Below, one piece after another: positions 28,361-38,627 of a DNA stretch of 64,000 nt (the first letter of the stretch is position 1; every line of letters begins with the position of its first letter). Source of the stretch: an uncultured Nitrososphaerales archaeon (GTDB lineage Archaea; Thermoproteota; Nitrososphaeria; Conexivisphaerales; DTJL01). A program made the position numbers and the translations under genes. The notes under the pieces are model-generated. The model saw nothing but the letters and a program-made list of their open reading frames with translations, made no database searches and was not told the DNA's origin. The stretch covers positions 1,078-65,077 of the forward strand of contig CAYYVT010000106.1 in assembly GCA_964475215.1 (NCBI GenBank), written 5' to 3'.

Positions 28361-29143
28361 CTATCCCACCAGCCCGTCTCTCGTCAGGGCGTCCAGGAGC
28401 TTGGTCACGGCTTCGGGGACGGTGCCGTCGAACACCACTTTTCGCCTCTCCTTCGACTTCGCGGAGTACTCTAGGAGCTTGTAGCCCCGCGCCCCCACGG
28501 CGCCCAGACTCAGCCCCAGGTCGGCGAGCGTGAATGTCGCTATGGGCTTCTTCATTGCCCCCATTATCTGCAGCAGCGTCGGGATCCTCGGGCTGTTGAT
28601 CTCCCCCGTGACTGTCACCAATGCAGGTAGCCTGGCCTCCACGACCTCCATCCGCTTCTCAAGGATCCTTTCCGCCCTTAGGGTCCCATCCTTTACCTGA
28701 AGCGACTGGGCATATGTTATGAGCGGGAGATGTAGCTTCTCGGCAAGCATGGGCGCCAAGAGCGAAGTGTAAGAGTCGACCGAGCCCTCGGCGCAGATGA
28801 GCAGGTCGAATCCGCCCGCCTTCTCCAGGGCCTTGGCGAGGATGTCCGCCGTCGCAGATGAATCGAGTTGGCCAGCGGTCGGTTCCTTGACAAGGATGGT
28901 CTGGTCTGCCCCCATGGCCATCACCTCCCTCAGCGACTTTGCAGCCTCCTCCGGACCCACGGTCACAGACGTGATCTTCCCCCCACCTACAGACCTGAGC
29001 ACCAAGGCGGCCTCCATCGCCTTGCGGTCGAAATCGCTTATCTTCCCGGGAACTCCCTCGTAGCTGACCTTCCCGGTTTCCCGTTCGACCTTGAGCTGGT
29101 TCTCGTCGTAGACGTGCTTGACGAGGACTACCATGTTGGGCAT
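28361..29143 (-). CDS. etfB: Electron transfer flavoprotein, beta subunit
   Basis: 260 aa. The start is MVVLVKHVYD with an ETF-beta layout. It lies 1 nt upstream of etfA. Confidence 0.9.
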   Translation of the reverse strand: MPNMVVLVKHVYDENQLKVERETGKVSYEGVPGKISDFDRKAMEAALVLRSVGGGKITSVTVGPEEAAKSLREVMAMGADQTILVKEPTAGQLDSSATADILAKALEKAGGFDLLICAEGSVDSYTSLLAPMLAEKLHLPLITYAQSLQVKDGTLRAERILEKRMEVVEARLPALVTVTGEINSPRIPTLLQIMGAMKKPIATFTLADLGLSLGAVGARGYKLLEYSAKSKERRKVVFDGTVPEAVTKLLDALTRDGLVG

Positions 29144-29171
29144 GGCGAAGAGATCCCGATGAATGTGCGGC

Positions 29172-30383
29172 CTACATCCCCATGGGGTCGAAGCCGAGAG
29201 TCTGCTTCATGAGCTGCCTGATTATGACCAGCCTCTGGATTTCGTTCGAGCCCTCGTAGATCTTGGTTATCTCGACGTCCCGCAGCATCCTCTCGATGTG
29301 AGAGTCCGTAACCACGCCGACTCCACCGTGAATGCTAATGGCCTTGAGAGCAGCGAACTCCGCCGCTTCGGTGGCGTAGGCCTTGGCCAGCGACGCCGCG
29401 ATCAGGTACTCCTTCTTCCCCAGATCGGCCAAGTAGGACGCCCAATACACGAGCTGGCGAGCGCTCACTAACCTCATCAGCATGTCGGCCAGGTAGTTGT
29501 CGATCACCTGCTGCTGGATGAGCAGCCTTTCGAAGGTGCTCCTCTGCATGGCGTAGTTCAGGCTCTTCTCGAAGGCCATCTGGGCGATCCCCAGCGCCTG
29601 GGCCGCGACTCCAATCCTTCCATGGTCGAAGGTCTCCATCGCTATCTTGAACCCGTCACCCTCGTTGCCGAGCCTGTTGGCGTCGGGCACCTCGACGTTG
29701 TCCAGCTGAAGCTCGACGATGGGGGAGCCCTTCAATCCGGACTTCTTCATCCTCTTTGCGACGGTGAACCCCGGCATCTCCTTTTCGACGATGAAGAAAG
29801 TGAGTCCCTTCCAGCGCTCCTTTCTGCTGGGAGGCGGGCTCGTCCTCGCCAGGACCAGATGGTAGTCGGCGATGTCACCTCCGCTTATGAACGCCTTCCT
29901 GCCGTTGAGCACCCAATTGTCGCCCCGCCTTTCTGCCTTGGTCACGACGCCGGCCACATCGCTGCCGGCTCCGGCTTCACTGGTGGCGTGGGCGGAATGC
30001 TTCTCTCCCCTGGCGATGGGCGGGAGGTACTTCTTCTTCTGCTCCTCAGTCCCGAACTCCACGACGGGAACGGTGAAGAGACCGTTGACGCCGACAAGAG
30101 TCATGACGGCCGGGTACACGCGTCCAGCCTCTTCGCAGAAGATCGCCATGGAGGTCTGGTCCCCTCCCTGTCCTCCGTACTCCTGTGGAACGGCTATGCC
30201 CTGGAACCCCATCTCACCCATCTTCTTCAAGAGGTCGGCCGGCACCTCGTCGTTCTCTTCGATTTCAGAGACCCTAGGCTCCACTTCCTTCTCGAAGAAC
30301 TCCCGCACGAGCTTCCTGAACATTTCGTGCTCGGGCTTGAATTTGATTTCATAATCCCCAAGTTCGGTTAGAGGAAATACCAT
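29172..30383 (-). CDS. Acyl-CoA dehydrogenase
   Basis: 403 aa. The ACAD signatures include the catalytic-base region YEGSNEIQRLVI. Confidence 0.9.
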   Translation of the reverse strand: MVFPLTELGDYEIKFKPEHEMFRKLVREFFEKEVEPRVSEIEENDEVPADLLKKMGEMGFQGIAVPQEYGGQGGDQTSMAIFCEEAGRVYPAVMTLVGVNGLFTVPVVEFGTEEQKKKYLPPIARGEKHSAHATSEAGAGSDVAGVVTKAERRGDNWVLNGRKAFISGGDIADYHLVLARTSPPPSRKERWKGLTFFIVEKEMPGFTVAKRMKKSGLKGSPIVELQLDNVEVPDANRLGNEGDGFKIAMETFDHGRIGVAAQALGIAQMAFEKSLNYAMQRSTFERLLIQQQVIDNYLADMLMRLVSARQLVYWASYLADLGKKEYLIAASLAKAYATEAAEFAALKAISIHGGVGVVTDSHIERMLRDVEITKIYEGSNEIQRLVIIRQLMKQTLGFDPMGM

Positions 30384-30403
30384 GGGTCTTCTTTCGCAAG
30401 TTG

Positions 30404-30457
30404 GCGATATATATTATTTTTAGGAACCGCTTTCAGGCTCTGAATACGCTTTTATCC
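30404..30457. promoter_or_regulatory. AT-rich divergent promoter region (acyl-CoA dehydrogenase operon leftward, thioesterase rightward)
   Basis: gcgatatatattattttta (30404-30422) lies about 25-35 nt upstream of the ACAD ATG at 30383. cttttatcc (30449-30457) lies about 30 nt upstream of the 30485 start. Confidence 0.45.
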
Positions 30458-30484
30458 TAGACCCCTAGGGCAAGATTTGGTTTT

Positions 30485-30865
30485 GTGATGGACCAGCCTT
30501 CCAACTTCGGAATCTTCGTCGGCCTCAGCGGATACGACATCGTGGGGGACAAGGTGGTGGTGAACCTGCCACTCGAGCAGAAACACCTTAACCAGCTGGG
30601 GCTCGCCCACGGAGGCGCCGTCGCCACCCTCGCTGACAACTCCATGGGGCTGGCCTGCCTCGTTGCTGCGAAGAAGCCCCTAGTGACCGTGGAGTTCACG
30701 CTCAACTTCGTCCGCCCTGCCCGGGGAGGGACCCTGACGGCGTCCTCCCACGTGTACAAGCTGGGGGATCACCTTGCATTCGTGGAATGCGACATCACCG
30801 ACCAGGGAGGCGTCCTCGTCGCACGAGCACTAGGGACCTACATGATAGTCGAAAAAGCGCCCTAA
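30485..30865 (+). CDS. PaaI/hotdog-fold acyl-CoA thioesterase
   Basis: 126 aa. HLNQLGLAHGGAVATLADNSMG is the PaaI-family motif. Confidence 0.8.
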   Translation: MMDQPSNFGIFVGLSGYDIVGDKVVVNLPLEQKHLNQLGLAHGGAVATLADNSMGLACLVAAKKPLVTVEFTLNFVRPARGGTLTASSHVYKLGDHLAFVECDITDQGGVLVARALGTYMIVEKAP

Positions 30866-30866
30866 A

Positions 30867-31409
30867 CTACGCTGGCTTGTTCTCCATGGCCGCTGGCACC
30901 GGACTGACGTAGTAGGTCTCCTGATATCGGTCGATGAGGCTCGCCGGGAACTTCGGGGCCGACGCCCAGCTCTTCAGGACCTCCACCCTAACATCCATCA
31001 CTCCGTCATGCTTCATGAGCCACTCCTTGAATACAGGTATCTCATCCATCTCCATGAAGAGGGCGTCGCCGATTATGTCGTACTCCCCCACCAGCTCCAG
31101 CACCCATCCGACGTTGGGATAGGACGCGACCGCGTCCACAACCTTGCCATAGTTGCGGCCGCACTTGATGAAGAAGACGGCCCCCACCATCCCCAGCTTC
31201 CTGACGTCAAGGAACGCCGTAAAACCCTCTATTACGCCCTTGGACACGAGCCCGTTGAACTTGTTCCTGACGGTGCTCAGCGGCGTCCCGGTCTTCTTAG
31301 ATATGGCCGAAAGGGTCTCCCGTGAGTTTTCGATGAGCACGCGGAGGATCCCCAGTTCGGTCTTGTCCAGGTGCTTCTTTTCCAACGAGGTCGCCACTGA
31401 AACACACAT
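30867..31409 (-). CDS. Lrp/AsnC-family transcriptional regulator
   Basis: LDKTELGILRVLIENSRETLSAISKKTGTPLSTVRNKFNGLVSKGVIEGFTA is an HTH_AsnC motif, followed by a RAM-like C-terminal domain. I chose the start at the internal ATG (MCVSV...), and the track ORF extends to 31475. Confidence 0.75.
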   Translation of the reverse strand: MCVSVATSLEKKHLDKTELGILRVLIENSRETLSAISKKTGTPLSTVRNKFNGLVSKGVIEGFTAFLDVRKLGMVGAVFFIKCGRNYGKVVDAVASYPNVGWVLELVGEYDIIGDALFMEMDEIPVFKEWLMKHDGVMDVRVEVLKSWASAPKFPASLIDRYQETYYVSPVPAAMENKPA

Positions 31410-31568
31410 CGAAATCCCATAATAACTTTTCCCCGCTTTGCAAGAGTTAGAGCGGATTTCTGTCAAGATTATCATTCTATTGAGCAGGTGTCCCCGGGGA
31501 CCCTCAGAAATTCCAGGCTCTCTGCCGCGAGCAAAGTATTTCTAATGAAGGGTGGGCCGTAACGCCAG

Positions 31569-32426
31569 GTGAAGCGGTTGGGTCTCACCGACAGGCTCTT
31601 TCTCCCCATCGCGAAGCATTTCATCGCTGGAACGACCCTGGAGGAGGCCGTAAGCACGTCCAAGGAGATGAACGGTCGGGGCTTCAAGGTCATCGTCAAC
31701 TTCCTAGGCGAAGAGATCAAGGACGAAAAAGAGCTGGACCAGACCATGGCTGAATACCTCTCCATCTTCGACCAGATGGAGCAAAACAAGGTAGATGGCT
31801 GCGTCTCGGTCAAGCTTACCCAGCTGGGCCTGACCATGGGCGTCGACCGGGCTGAAGGCAACCTTCACACCATAGTCGAGAGGGCGAGGCGCTCGGGGGC
31901 CTATCTGTGGGTCGATATGGAGGGCTCCCCCTACACGGAGCAGACCATCGAGCTCTACTTGAAGGAGCACAGGGAGTATGACCGGATGGGCATAGCCATC
32001 CAAGCTTACCTCAGGCGGACCGCCGGCGACATAGACAGGCTGGTGAAGGAGGGCGGGCAGGTGCGCCTCTGCAAGGGAGCCTACAACGAACCCGCCAGCG
32101 TGGCCTTCAAGGACAGGAGTGAGGTCAAGGAGAACTACAGTGCGATGATGAAAAAGCTCTTCTCCCAGGGCACGTTCTTCGCCGTGGCCACGCATGACGA
32201 CAAGCTGCAGGCCGAGGCCAAGGCCCTCTCGGGGGCCGCCCACTCGAACTTCGAGTTCCAGATGCTGAGGGGTGTGAGGGAGGAGCTAGGGAGGAAGCTC
32301 CTGGACGATGGTTACCACCTCTCGGTCTACCTGCCCTATGGGGCGAGATGGCTCCCCTACGGGATGAGAAGGATGAGGGAGAGGAAGAGGAACATCCTCC
32401 TCCTCTTCAGGGCCCTGTTCTCCTAA
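31569..32426 (+). CDS. Proline dehydrogenase (monofunctional PRODH)
   Basis: 285 aa. [37 protein letters not shown] and YLPYG..W..Y..RR..ER match the PRODH TIM-barrel family. It has a GTG start. Confidence 0.75.
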   Translation: MKRLGLTDRLFLPIAKHFIAGTTLEEAVSTSKEMNGRGFKVIVNFLGEEIKDEKELDQTMAEYLSIFDQMEQNKVDGCVSVKLTQLGLTMGVDRAEGNLHTIVERARRSGAYLWVDMEGSPYTEQTIELYLKEHREYDRMGIAIQAYLRRTAGDIDRLVKEGGQVRLCKGAYNEPASVAFKDRSEVKENYSAMMKKLFSQGTFFAVATHDDKLQAEAKALSGAAHSNFEFQMLRGVREELGRKLLDDGYHLSVYLPYGARWLPYGMRRMRERKRNILLLFRALFS

Positions 32427-32500
32427 TCCATAGTATTTTAATGTGCATTGGCGTCCAGAACATTTATATGACGTTCGGTTATCGACAATCAAGAACAGGC

Positions 32501-33841
32501 ATGGCGACTACTGTGGCGGTGCATCTCCCGCAGGAGGAGCTTCCCACATCATGGTGTAACATCCTTCCGTATCTTCCGTCCCAGCTCCCCCCTCCCCTAG
32601 ATCCCCAGACTCGAGAGCCTATCTCCCCTCAGAAGCTGGAGCGGATCTTCGCAAAGGAACTCATCAGGCAGGAGGTCTCAACCGACCCGTCCGTGAAGAT
32701 TCCGGAGGAGGTCCTCGAGAAGTACATGTCCGTAGGGAGGCCCACTCCCCTCATGAGGGCGAAGAGGCTTGAGGAGCTCCTCCATACACCCGCGGAGATA
32801 TACTTCAAGAACGAATCCGTGAACCCGGGCGGAAGCCACAAGATCAACACGGCCCTCGCACAGGCATACTACAATAAGGACGAGGGAGTAGCGAGGCTGG
32901 TCACGGAGACCGGCGCAGGCCAGTGGGGCTCCGCCCTTGCCCTTTCGACGACCTTCTTCGGCATGCAATGCGGCGTCTACATGGTCAAGATATCGTACCA
33001 GCAGAAGCCGGGTCGCCGGATAATGATGGAGACATGGGGGGCGAAGGTCTTGGCCTCCCCTAGCCAGAACACCCGGTTCGGCCGGGAGCTTCTAAGGACG
33101 CATCCCGACCATCCAGGGTCCCTAGGCGTGGCCATCAGCGAAGCCCTGGAGGACACTCTCTCCAGGGAGGACACCCGCTACAGCCTTGGGTCCGTGCTGA
33201 ACCATGTGCTCCTCCACCAGACCATCATTGGGCAGGAGGCAAAGAAGCAATTCGAAAGCCTCGACCGGTATCCGGACATGATCATAGGGTGCATAGGGGG
33301 AGGCTCCAACTTCGGCGGGGCCTCATACCCCTTCCTGTGCGACAAGCTGAGGGGGAAGATGAAGGAGACCCGCTACGTCGCAGTCGAGCCCAAGGCCGCG
33401 CCATCCACTACAAGGGGCGTTTACGCCTACGACTTCGGCGACGCCGCCGGCCTTACTCCACTGCTCAAGATGTATACCCTCGGCCATGACTACACCCCTC
33501 CGCCCATCCACGCAGGAGGGCTCAGGTATCATGGGAAAGCTCCTTCCCTCAGCCTCCTCATCAACCGGCAGGTCGTGGAATCAAGGGCCGTGCACCAGAG
33601 AGAAGTCTTCGAAGCTGGGAGCCTATTCGCCTCGGCCACGGGGATCATCCCGGCTCCCGAATCATCCCACGCGATAAAAGTGGCCATCGACGAGGCGCTC
33701 CAATGCAGGAGGACGGGCGAGAGGAAGACCATCTTCTTCAACTTGAGCGGCCATGGCCTCCTAGACCTAAGCGCTTATGATGAATACAACACGGGAAAGC
33801 TTCAGGACTTCGAGCCGTCAGAGATCTCCTTCGGCCACTGA
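32501..33841 (+). CDS. Tryptophan synthase beta-like protein, TrpB2 type
   Basis: [26 protein letters not shown]... and [16 protein letters not shown] (PLP lysine), with the long N-terminal extension typical of TrpB2. No other trp genes are nearby. The track ORF start at 32348 overlaps the preceding gene and is rejected. Confidence 0.8.
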   Translation: MATTVAVHLPQEELPTSWCNILPYLPSQLPPPLDPQTREPISPQKLERIFAKELIRQEVSTDPSVKIPEEVLEKYMSVGRPTPLMRAKRLEELLHTPAEIYFKNESVNPGGSHKINTALAQAYYNKDEGVARLVTETGAGQWGSALALSTTFFGMQCGVYMVKISYQQKPGRRIMMETWGAKVLASPSQNTRFGRELLRTHPDHPGSLGVAISEALEDTLSREDTRYSLGSVLNHVLLHQTIIGQEAKKQFESLDRYPDMIIGCIGGGSNFGGASYPFLCDKLRGKMKETRYVAVEPKAAPSTTRGVYAYDFGDAAGLTPLLKMYTLGHDYTPPPIHAGGLRYHGKAPSLSLLINRQVVESRAVHQREVFEAGSLFASATGIIPAPESSHAIKVAIDEALQCRRTGERKTIFFNLSGHGLLDLSAYDEYNTGKLQDFEPSEISFGH

Positions 33842-33963
33842 GAAGGGGGAAGCCCTTCCAATTCGTGGAAGGGACAATCTCCAGCGATTTGATTTCGGGA
33901 GGAGGGCCCGTTCCTATAGGCCTTAAATAAGATAATGCTCCTCACTGGGCCGGTATACGGTCG

Positions 33964-34524
33964 TTGCTCGAGATTCGCCTGTACGGCCGGGGAGGTCAGG
34001 GCATCGTCACCGCCGCCGAGCTCATCGTCAACGCTGTCCTCAATGAAGGAAAGTGGGGTCAGAGCACTCCTTACTTCGGAGCCGAGCGGAGGGGGGCTCC
34101 GGTTTCGGCGACGGTCAGGGTGTCAGATGCGCCGGTGCGCATCCACGGGCAGGCCGCCAACCCCGACGCCGTCGCCGTGTTCGAGCGTAACCTCGTGAAG
34201 ACGGTGAAGGTGACCGCTGGGCTCAGGAAGGGCGGGTTCCTGATCGTGAACTCCGCAAAAGCCCTTGAGCTGAGCGGCGACTACAGGGTGCTCACCGTCG
34301 ACGCCACCCAGATCGCTCTTGACCAAGGATTGGTGCTTTCGGGCTTTCCTTTTGTCAACGCCGCCATGGTCGGTGCCGTCGTCAAGGCCACCGGCGTGGC
34401 CTCCCTCGAATCGGCCCTAAAGGCCGCTTCGGAGACTTGGAAGGGTGACCTCGGCGGGAGGAATTGCGGCGCACTGCACAGGGCATATGATTCAACCATG
34501 TTGGAGATGACTAGGACGGCATGA
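33964..34524 (+). CDS. porG: 2-oxoacid (pyruvate-type):ferredoxin oxidoreductase, gamma subunit
   Basis: 186 aa. IRLYGRGGQGIVTAAELI is the gamma-subunit signature. It has a TTG start after a ttaaataagataa box. Confidence 0.85.
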   Translation: MLEIRLYGRGGQGIVTAAELIVNAVLNEGKWGQSTPYFGAERRGAPVSATVRVSDAPVRIHGQAANPDAVAVFERNLVKTVKVTAGLRKGGFLIVNSAKALELSGDYRVLTVDATQIALDQGLVLSGFPFVNAAMVGAVVKATGVASLESALKAASETWKGDLGGRNCGALHRAYDSTMLEMTRTA

Positions 34525-34781
34525 CTCAGCGTTCCAAACAGGTGCCATTTTCGACGCCGACTTTGGGCTCCGGGGGTGACACAAGCAGCTGGAGGACAGA
34601 AAAGCCCGTCCTCGACGAGTCGAAATGCATCAACTGCCTCTTCTGCTGGATGTACTGCCCCGAGGGCTCCATCAAGCGGGCTGAGAAGGTGGTCTACATC
34701 GACTACCAGTACTGCAAGGGATGCGGTATCTGCATGAACGAGTGCCCGCCTAAGGCCATCGTCATGGTCAAGGAGGAATGA
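34521..34781 (+). CDS. porD: 2-oxoacid:ferredoxin oxidoreductase, delta (2x[4Fe-4S]) subunit
   Basis: 86 aa. The cluster motifs are CINCLFCWMYCP and CKGCGICMNECP. It overlaps porG by 4 nt. Confidence 0.85.
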   Translation: MTQRSKQVPFSTPTLGSGGDTSSWRTEKPVLDESKCINCLFCWMYCPEGSIKRAEKVVYIDYQYCKGCGICMNECPPKAIVMVKEE

Positions 34782-34784
34782 AGC

Positions 34785-35963
34785 TTGTCGAAGTACAAGG
34801 TGATGACCGGAAACTACGGGATAGCCTACGGGGCAGCCCTGTCGCGAGTCGAGCTCATCTCGGCCTACCCCATCACCCCGCAGACCTCCATCGTCGAAAA
34901 GCTCTCCGAGATGGTAGAGACCGGCTCCCTGAAGGCCAAGTTCGTGCGGGTCGAATCCGAGCACAGTGCCCTCGCCGCCTGCGTGGGCGGCGCCTCGGCC
35001 GGCGCCCGCTGCTTTACTGCAACTTCTTCCCATGGCCTCCTGTACATGAATGAGATGGTGTTCTGGGCCGGCTACGCCCGCCTTCCGATGGTCATGGCCG
35101 TGATAACCCGTTCGCTTGGGCCTCCATGGGGGATTTGGTCAGAGCACACGGACCTCTTGGCCCAGAGAGACACTGGTTGGATCAGCATGTTGGCGCAGAC
35201 CAACCAGGAAGCTCTAGACAGCGTCATACAGGCCTACATGATAACTGAAGACCCCGACGTGCTACTCCCTGTGATGATCGGCTTGGACGCATTCATCGTA
35301 TCTCATACGGCCGTTCCCGTCGACGTCCCCGACCAGGATTCAGTCGACGCCTTTCTACCCAAGAATCGCGTGCCAGGGTTCCTCCTAGATTTCGACGAGC
35401 CGAAGACGATGGGGAATATGACCTACCCCGAGTGGAACATGGAGTTCCGCTACGAGATGGAGGCGGCGATGAAGGCCGCACAGAGGAAGATTGTCGAAGT
35501 TGACAGAAAATTCGGGGATGCCTTCGGCAGGTCCTACGGCGGCCTGGTGGAGCTCTATCGGATGGAGGACGCCAAGTACGCCGTCGTGGTCGCCGGAGCC
35601 CACGCTGGCGAGGCCAAAGACGCCGTCGACGAACTCAGGTCGGAGGGGATCGACGCCGGCGTGGCGAGGGTCAGGTTCCTGAGGCCCTTCCCCAAAGATG
35701 CCCTTCGCGAAGCCCTTGGCGGCATGAAAGGAGTGGCCGTGGTGGACAGGGACCTTTCGCCGGGACTTGGCGGCATCATCCGAGCCGAGCTCTCCTCGGC
35801 TCTCTATGGAATGAAGAGGCCGCCGCAGGTGAGAGGCTTCATCGCAGGGCTGGGAGGGCGAGACATCAGCGTAGACGACATCAAGGAAGCCATCGTGGTG
35901 ACCACGAAAAGCTCGGAAGCAGGAGAGGACGAGTGGATGGACCTCAGGAGGGAGAACCTCTAA
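34785..35963 (+). CDS. porA: 2-oxoacid:ferredoxin oxidoreductase, alpha subunit
   Basis: 392 aa. The N-terminus is MTGNYGIAYGAALSRVELISAYPITPQT. Confidence 0.85.
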   Translation: MSKYKVMTGNYGIAYGAALSRVELISAYPITPQTSIVEKLSEMVETGSLKAKFVRVESEHSALAACVGGASAGARCFTATSSHGLLYMNEMVFWAGYARLPMVMAVITRSLGPPWGIWSEHTDLLAQRDTGWISMLAQTNQEALDSVIQAYMITEDPDVLLPVMIGLDAFIVSHTAVPVDVPDQDSVDAFLPKNRVPGFLLDFDEPKTMGNMTYPEWNMEFRYEMEAAMKAAQRKIVEVDRKFGDAFGRSYGGLVELYRMEDAKYAVVVAGAHAGEAKDAVDELRSEGIDAGVARVRFLRPFPKDALREALGGMKGVAVVDRDLSPGLGGIIRAELSSALYGMKRPPQVRGFIAGLGGRDISVDDIKEAIVVTTKSSEAGEDEWMDLRRENL

Positions 35964-36880
35964 TGGTGCTGAAGGTTAGGGACCTCCCCAATGAAGAGTA
36001 CTGGCTGAGTGGGAACCCGTCATGCCATGGCTGTCCTGCCGCCCTGGGGCTCCGCATCGCGCTGAAGGCTTTAGGGCCCAAGACCGTCATGGTGGTCCCC
36101 GCTGGATGCGCCACCATCATACAAGGCACGTTTCCCAAGACCTCCGCGCGCGTGCCCCTCCTCAACATAGCCTTCGCGGCCTCCGCTTCGAGCGCTTCGG
36201 GTGTGGCAGCGGCCCTAGAGCTCAAGGGTGCGGTGAACACGAACGTGATGGTCTGGGCCGGTGACGGCGCAACCTCCGACATAGGGATGGCGTCTCTCAG
36301 TGGCGCCGCCGAAAGAAACGAGAACATCATCTACGTCTGCTATGACAACGAGGCCTACATGAACACGGGAATCCAGCGCAGTAGCTCTACGCCAATTGGA
36401 GCGTGGACGACCACCACCACCACCGGCAAGACGGAAGCAAAGAAGGACGTCCCAGCAATCCTCCTGACACATCATGTCCCGTACGTCGCAACTGCCAGCG
36501 TAGCCTTCCCCCTCGACTTCGCAGAGAAGCTGCAGAAGGCGGCCAAGATTCGGGGGTTCAAGTACATTCACCTTCACGCGCCCTGTCCCCCTGGCTGGAA
36601 GTTCGCATCGGAGAAGACCATCGAGGTGGGCAAGCTCGCCGTCCAGACCGGCTGCTGGATACTGTATGAGGTAGAAAACGGTGTTTACAAGCTGTCTACT
36701 CCCAGCCTTCCGTTCACCAATAAGGAGAGGAGGAAGCCGATTGAACTCTACCTGAAGCTTCAGGGGAGGTTCGCCAAGATGACCGACGAGGAGAAGGCCA
36801 AGTTCCAGGCCGCGATAGAGGAGGGCTGGATTTCTGCTGCGAACAACGCGAGGGCGGGCCGTCTATTTTCACCCCGTTAG
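35963..36880 (+). CDS. porB: 2-oxoacid:ferredoxin oxidoreductase, beta (TPP-binding) subunit
   Basis: It starts in a TAATG overlap with the porA stop (MVLKVRDLP...). CHGC, GDG.TSDIG and YDNEAYMNTG are the TPP and Fe-S motifs. Confidence 0.85.
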   Translation: MVLKVRDLPNEEYWLSGNPSCHGCPAALGLRIALKALGPKTVMVVPAGCATIIQGTFPKTSARVPLLNIAFAASASSASGVAAALELKGAVNTNVMVWAGDGATSDIGMASLSGAAERNENIIYVCYDNEAYMNTGIQRSSSTPIGAWTTTTTTGKTEAKKDVPAILLTHHVPYVATASVAFPLDFAEKLQKAAKIRGFKYIHLHAPCPPGWKFASEKTIEVGKLAVQTGCWILYEVENGVYKLSTPSLPFTNKERRKPIELYLKLQGRFAKMTDEEKAKFQAAIEEGWISAANNARAGRLFSPR

Positions 36881-36918
36881 TTTATTTCACACCACAAAAG
36901 TGAGGTTCTAGGGAGGCC

Positions 36919-37527
36919 ATGGCCAAGCTGAGCTACGAAGTGCTGTCCCTGCCAGTGCCCTTCGTTCTCTGGTTCCTCGTCTTCGACCATCCCGTGCTGG
37001 GCGGTTTTTGGCCAACGATAACAGTAGCTGCGATCATCCTCCTCATGATCTCTCTGCCGCGCCTATCCTCCATGAAGGTGAAGTTCTCATGGAAAGGTCT
37101 GCTCATCGGCGTCGGCTCCGCCCTCCTTGTCTATGGGTTCTTCTGGGCCGGCTTTCAAATCGTCCGAAGCATACCGGCCTTTGTCCAACAGGTGTCCTGG
37201 GTCTACCAGCTCAGAGGTGCTACGCCGCTTTACCTTATCGCGGCGACTTTGCTCTTCCCAGTAGGCCCGACGGAGGAGATCTACTGGAGGGGCTTCGTCC
37301 AGGCCCACTTCAACGGGAACCTATCATCCACGAGAAGCGTCCTCCTCACGACGGCGCTCTACACTCTCATGCATGTTTCGACCCTCAACCCTTCCCTGAT
37401 GTTGGTGGCCCTGATCGGGGGACTTTTCTGGGGATACCTTTTCAACAGGTTGGGCAACCTCTTCCCCGTTCTGGTCTCCCACGTCCTCTTCGACGAATTG
37501 ATCTTCGTTATCCTTGTAATCCATTGA
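36919..37527 (+). CDS. CPBP-family intramembrane glutamic endopeptidase (CAAX protease/Abi family)
   Basis: 202 aa, multi-TM. The family motifs are EEIYWRGF and H....N....L..H.LFD. Confidence 0.75.
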   Translation: MAKLSYEVLSLPVPFVLWFLVFDHPVLGGFWPTITVAAIILLMISLPRLSSMKVKFSWKGLLIGVGSALLVYGFFWAGFQIVRSIPAFVQQVSWVYQLRGATPLYLIAATLLFPVGPTEEIYWRGFVQAHFNGNLSSTRSVLLTTALYTLMHVSTLNPSLMLVALIGGLFWGYLFNRLGNLFPVLVSHVLFDELIFVILVIH

Positions 37528-37542
37528 AGCCCTTAGACAAGC

Positions 37543-38538
37543 CTAGACGAGCGATTCGGGCGCCATGGCCTCCATCGCGTAGCCTACGTTGCCGATGGGC
37601 ATGATAATTGGAAGGTCTACTCCAGCCCTGATATACTCCGCAAGCCTTTCCTTGGCAGCATCGGGCGTTCCCGTCAGGACCAGTGCATCGATGGCAGTCT
37701 CGGGCACCGTCCTCTTCGCTTCAGCCAGATCCCCCTTCTTCCATGCTTCCTTCATGGGCGACAGGCTCTCCTCCTTTATTCCATAACTCTGAAGGGCCTC
37801 CACCTTGATGACCTCCGACAGCTGATACAAGAAGAAATAATATCCTCTTACGACATCGCGGGCCTTGGCAGGGTCAGGGTCGAGAGATGCTACAATGTAC
37901 GAGGCCTTGTCCACCTTCCTGTTCCTAGACCTTTCCCCCTCCCCCACATAGGAGGCCATCTTTCGTGTGGTTTCCACGGTGTTCAGGGCCGGAGAGAGAA
38001 TTGCGCCATCCACGTTGGCTCCAGCATACCTCAGGGTTTGAGGTGATAGAGAACCCACGTATAGGGGGACCTTGTGGTCCAACTTGAATCCCAACTGGAG
38101 ATCCTCGGCGGTGTAGAACTCCCCCCTGAAGGCCAACTTTTCACCGCTCCATAGAGTTCTGGTCACCGACACATATTCGCTGATCCTCCTTAGGGGCTTG
38201 GTCTCCTGCACGGGAAAGATCTTGTATCCTATCTTGGGGACGGTCGGGAAGCTCCCCAACCCCAGCCCCATCATAACCCTCCCTCCAGACAGCTCACTGA
38301 GCGTTGCAAAGGTGACCGCCGCAGTCACTGGGTTACGTGTGAATGCATTGATGACTCCCGACGAGGCCTTGAGGCTGTGGGTGGCTCCAAGGACGGAGGA
38401 GAGGTAGGTCACAGCGTCACGCTGGTAGAGGCTTTCGTGGAACCAGATCGATTCGTAGCCCGATGCCTCCGCCTTGCGCGCGATCTCGACTGCCTCCACC
38501 ACCGGCATGGTCGGGTTGAACCCGAGGGCGATTCTCAT
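37543..38538 (-). CDS. LLM-class (luciferase-like) flavin/F420-dependent oxidoreductase
   Basis: 331 aa. The N-terminus MRIALGFNP....VEIARKAEASGYESIWFHE and a TIM-barrel LLM pattern resemble Mer/F420-dependent reductases. Confidence 0.75.
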   Translation of the reverse strand: MRIALGFNPTMPVVEAVEIARKAEASGYESIWFHESLYQRDAVTYLSSVLGATHSLKASSGVINAFTRNPVTAAVTFATLSELSGGRVMMGLGLGSFPTVPKIGYKIFPVQETKPLRRISEYVSVTRTLWSGEKLAFRGEFYTAEDLQLGFKLDHKVPLYVGSLSPQTLRYAGANVDGAILSPALNTVETTRKMASYVGEGERSRNRKVDKASYIVASLDPDPAKARDVVRGYYFFLYQLSEVIKVEALQSYGIKEESLSPMKEAWKKGDLAEAKRTVPETAIDALVLTGTPDAAKERLAEYIRAGVDLPIIMPIGNVGYAMEAMAPESLV

Positions 38539-38627
38539 TGAAACCTTCCGGTACCGGGTTTCCTAATAGGCTTGCCTGCGAGTTCATCGTGAAGGCGTAT
38601 AACTCAGCAAGCTGCCGCAGCCCTCGT

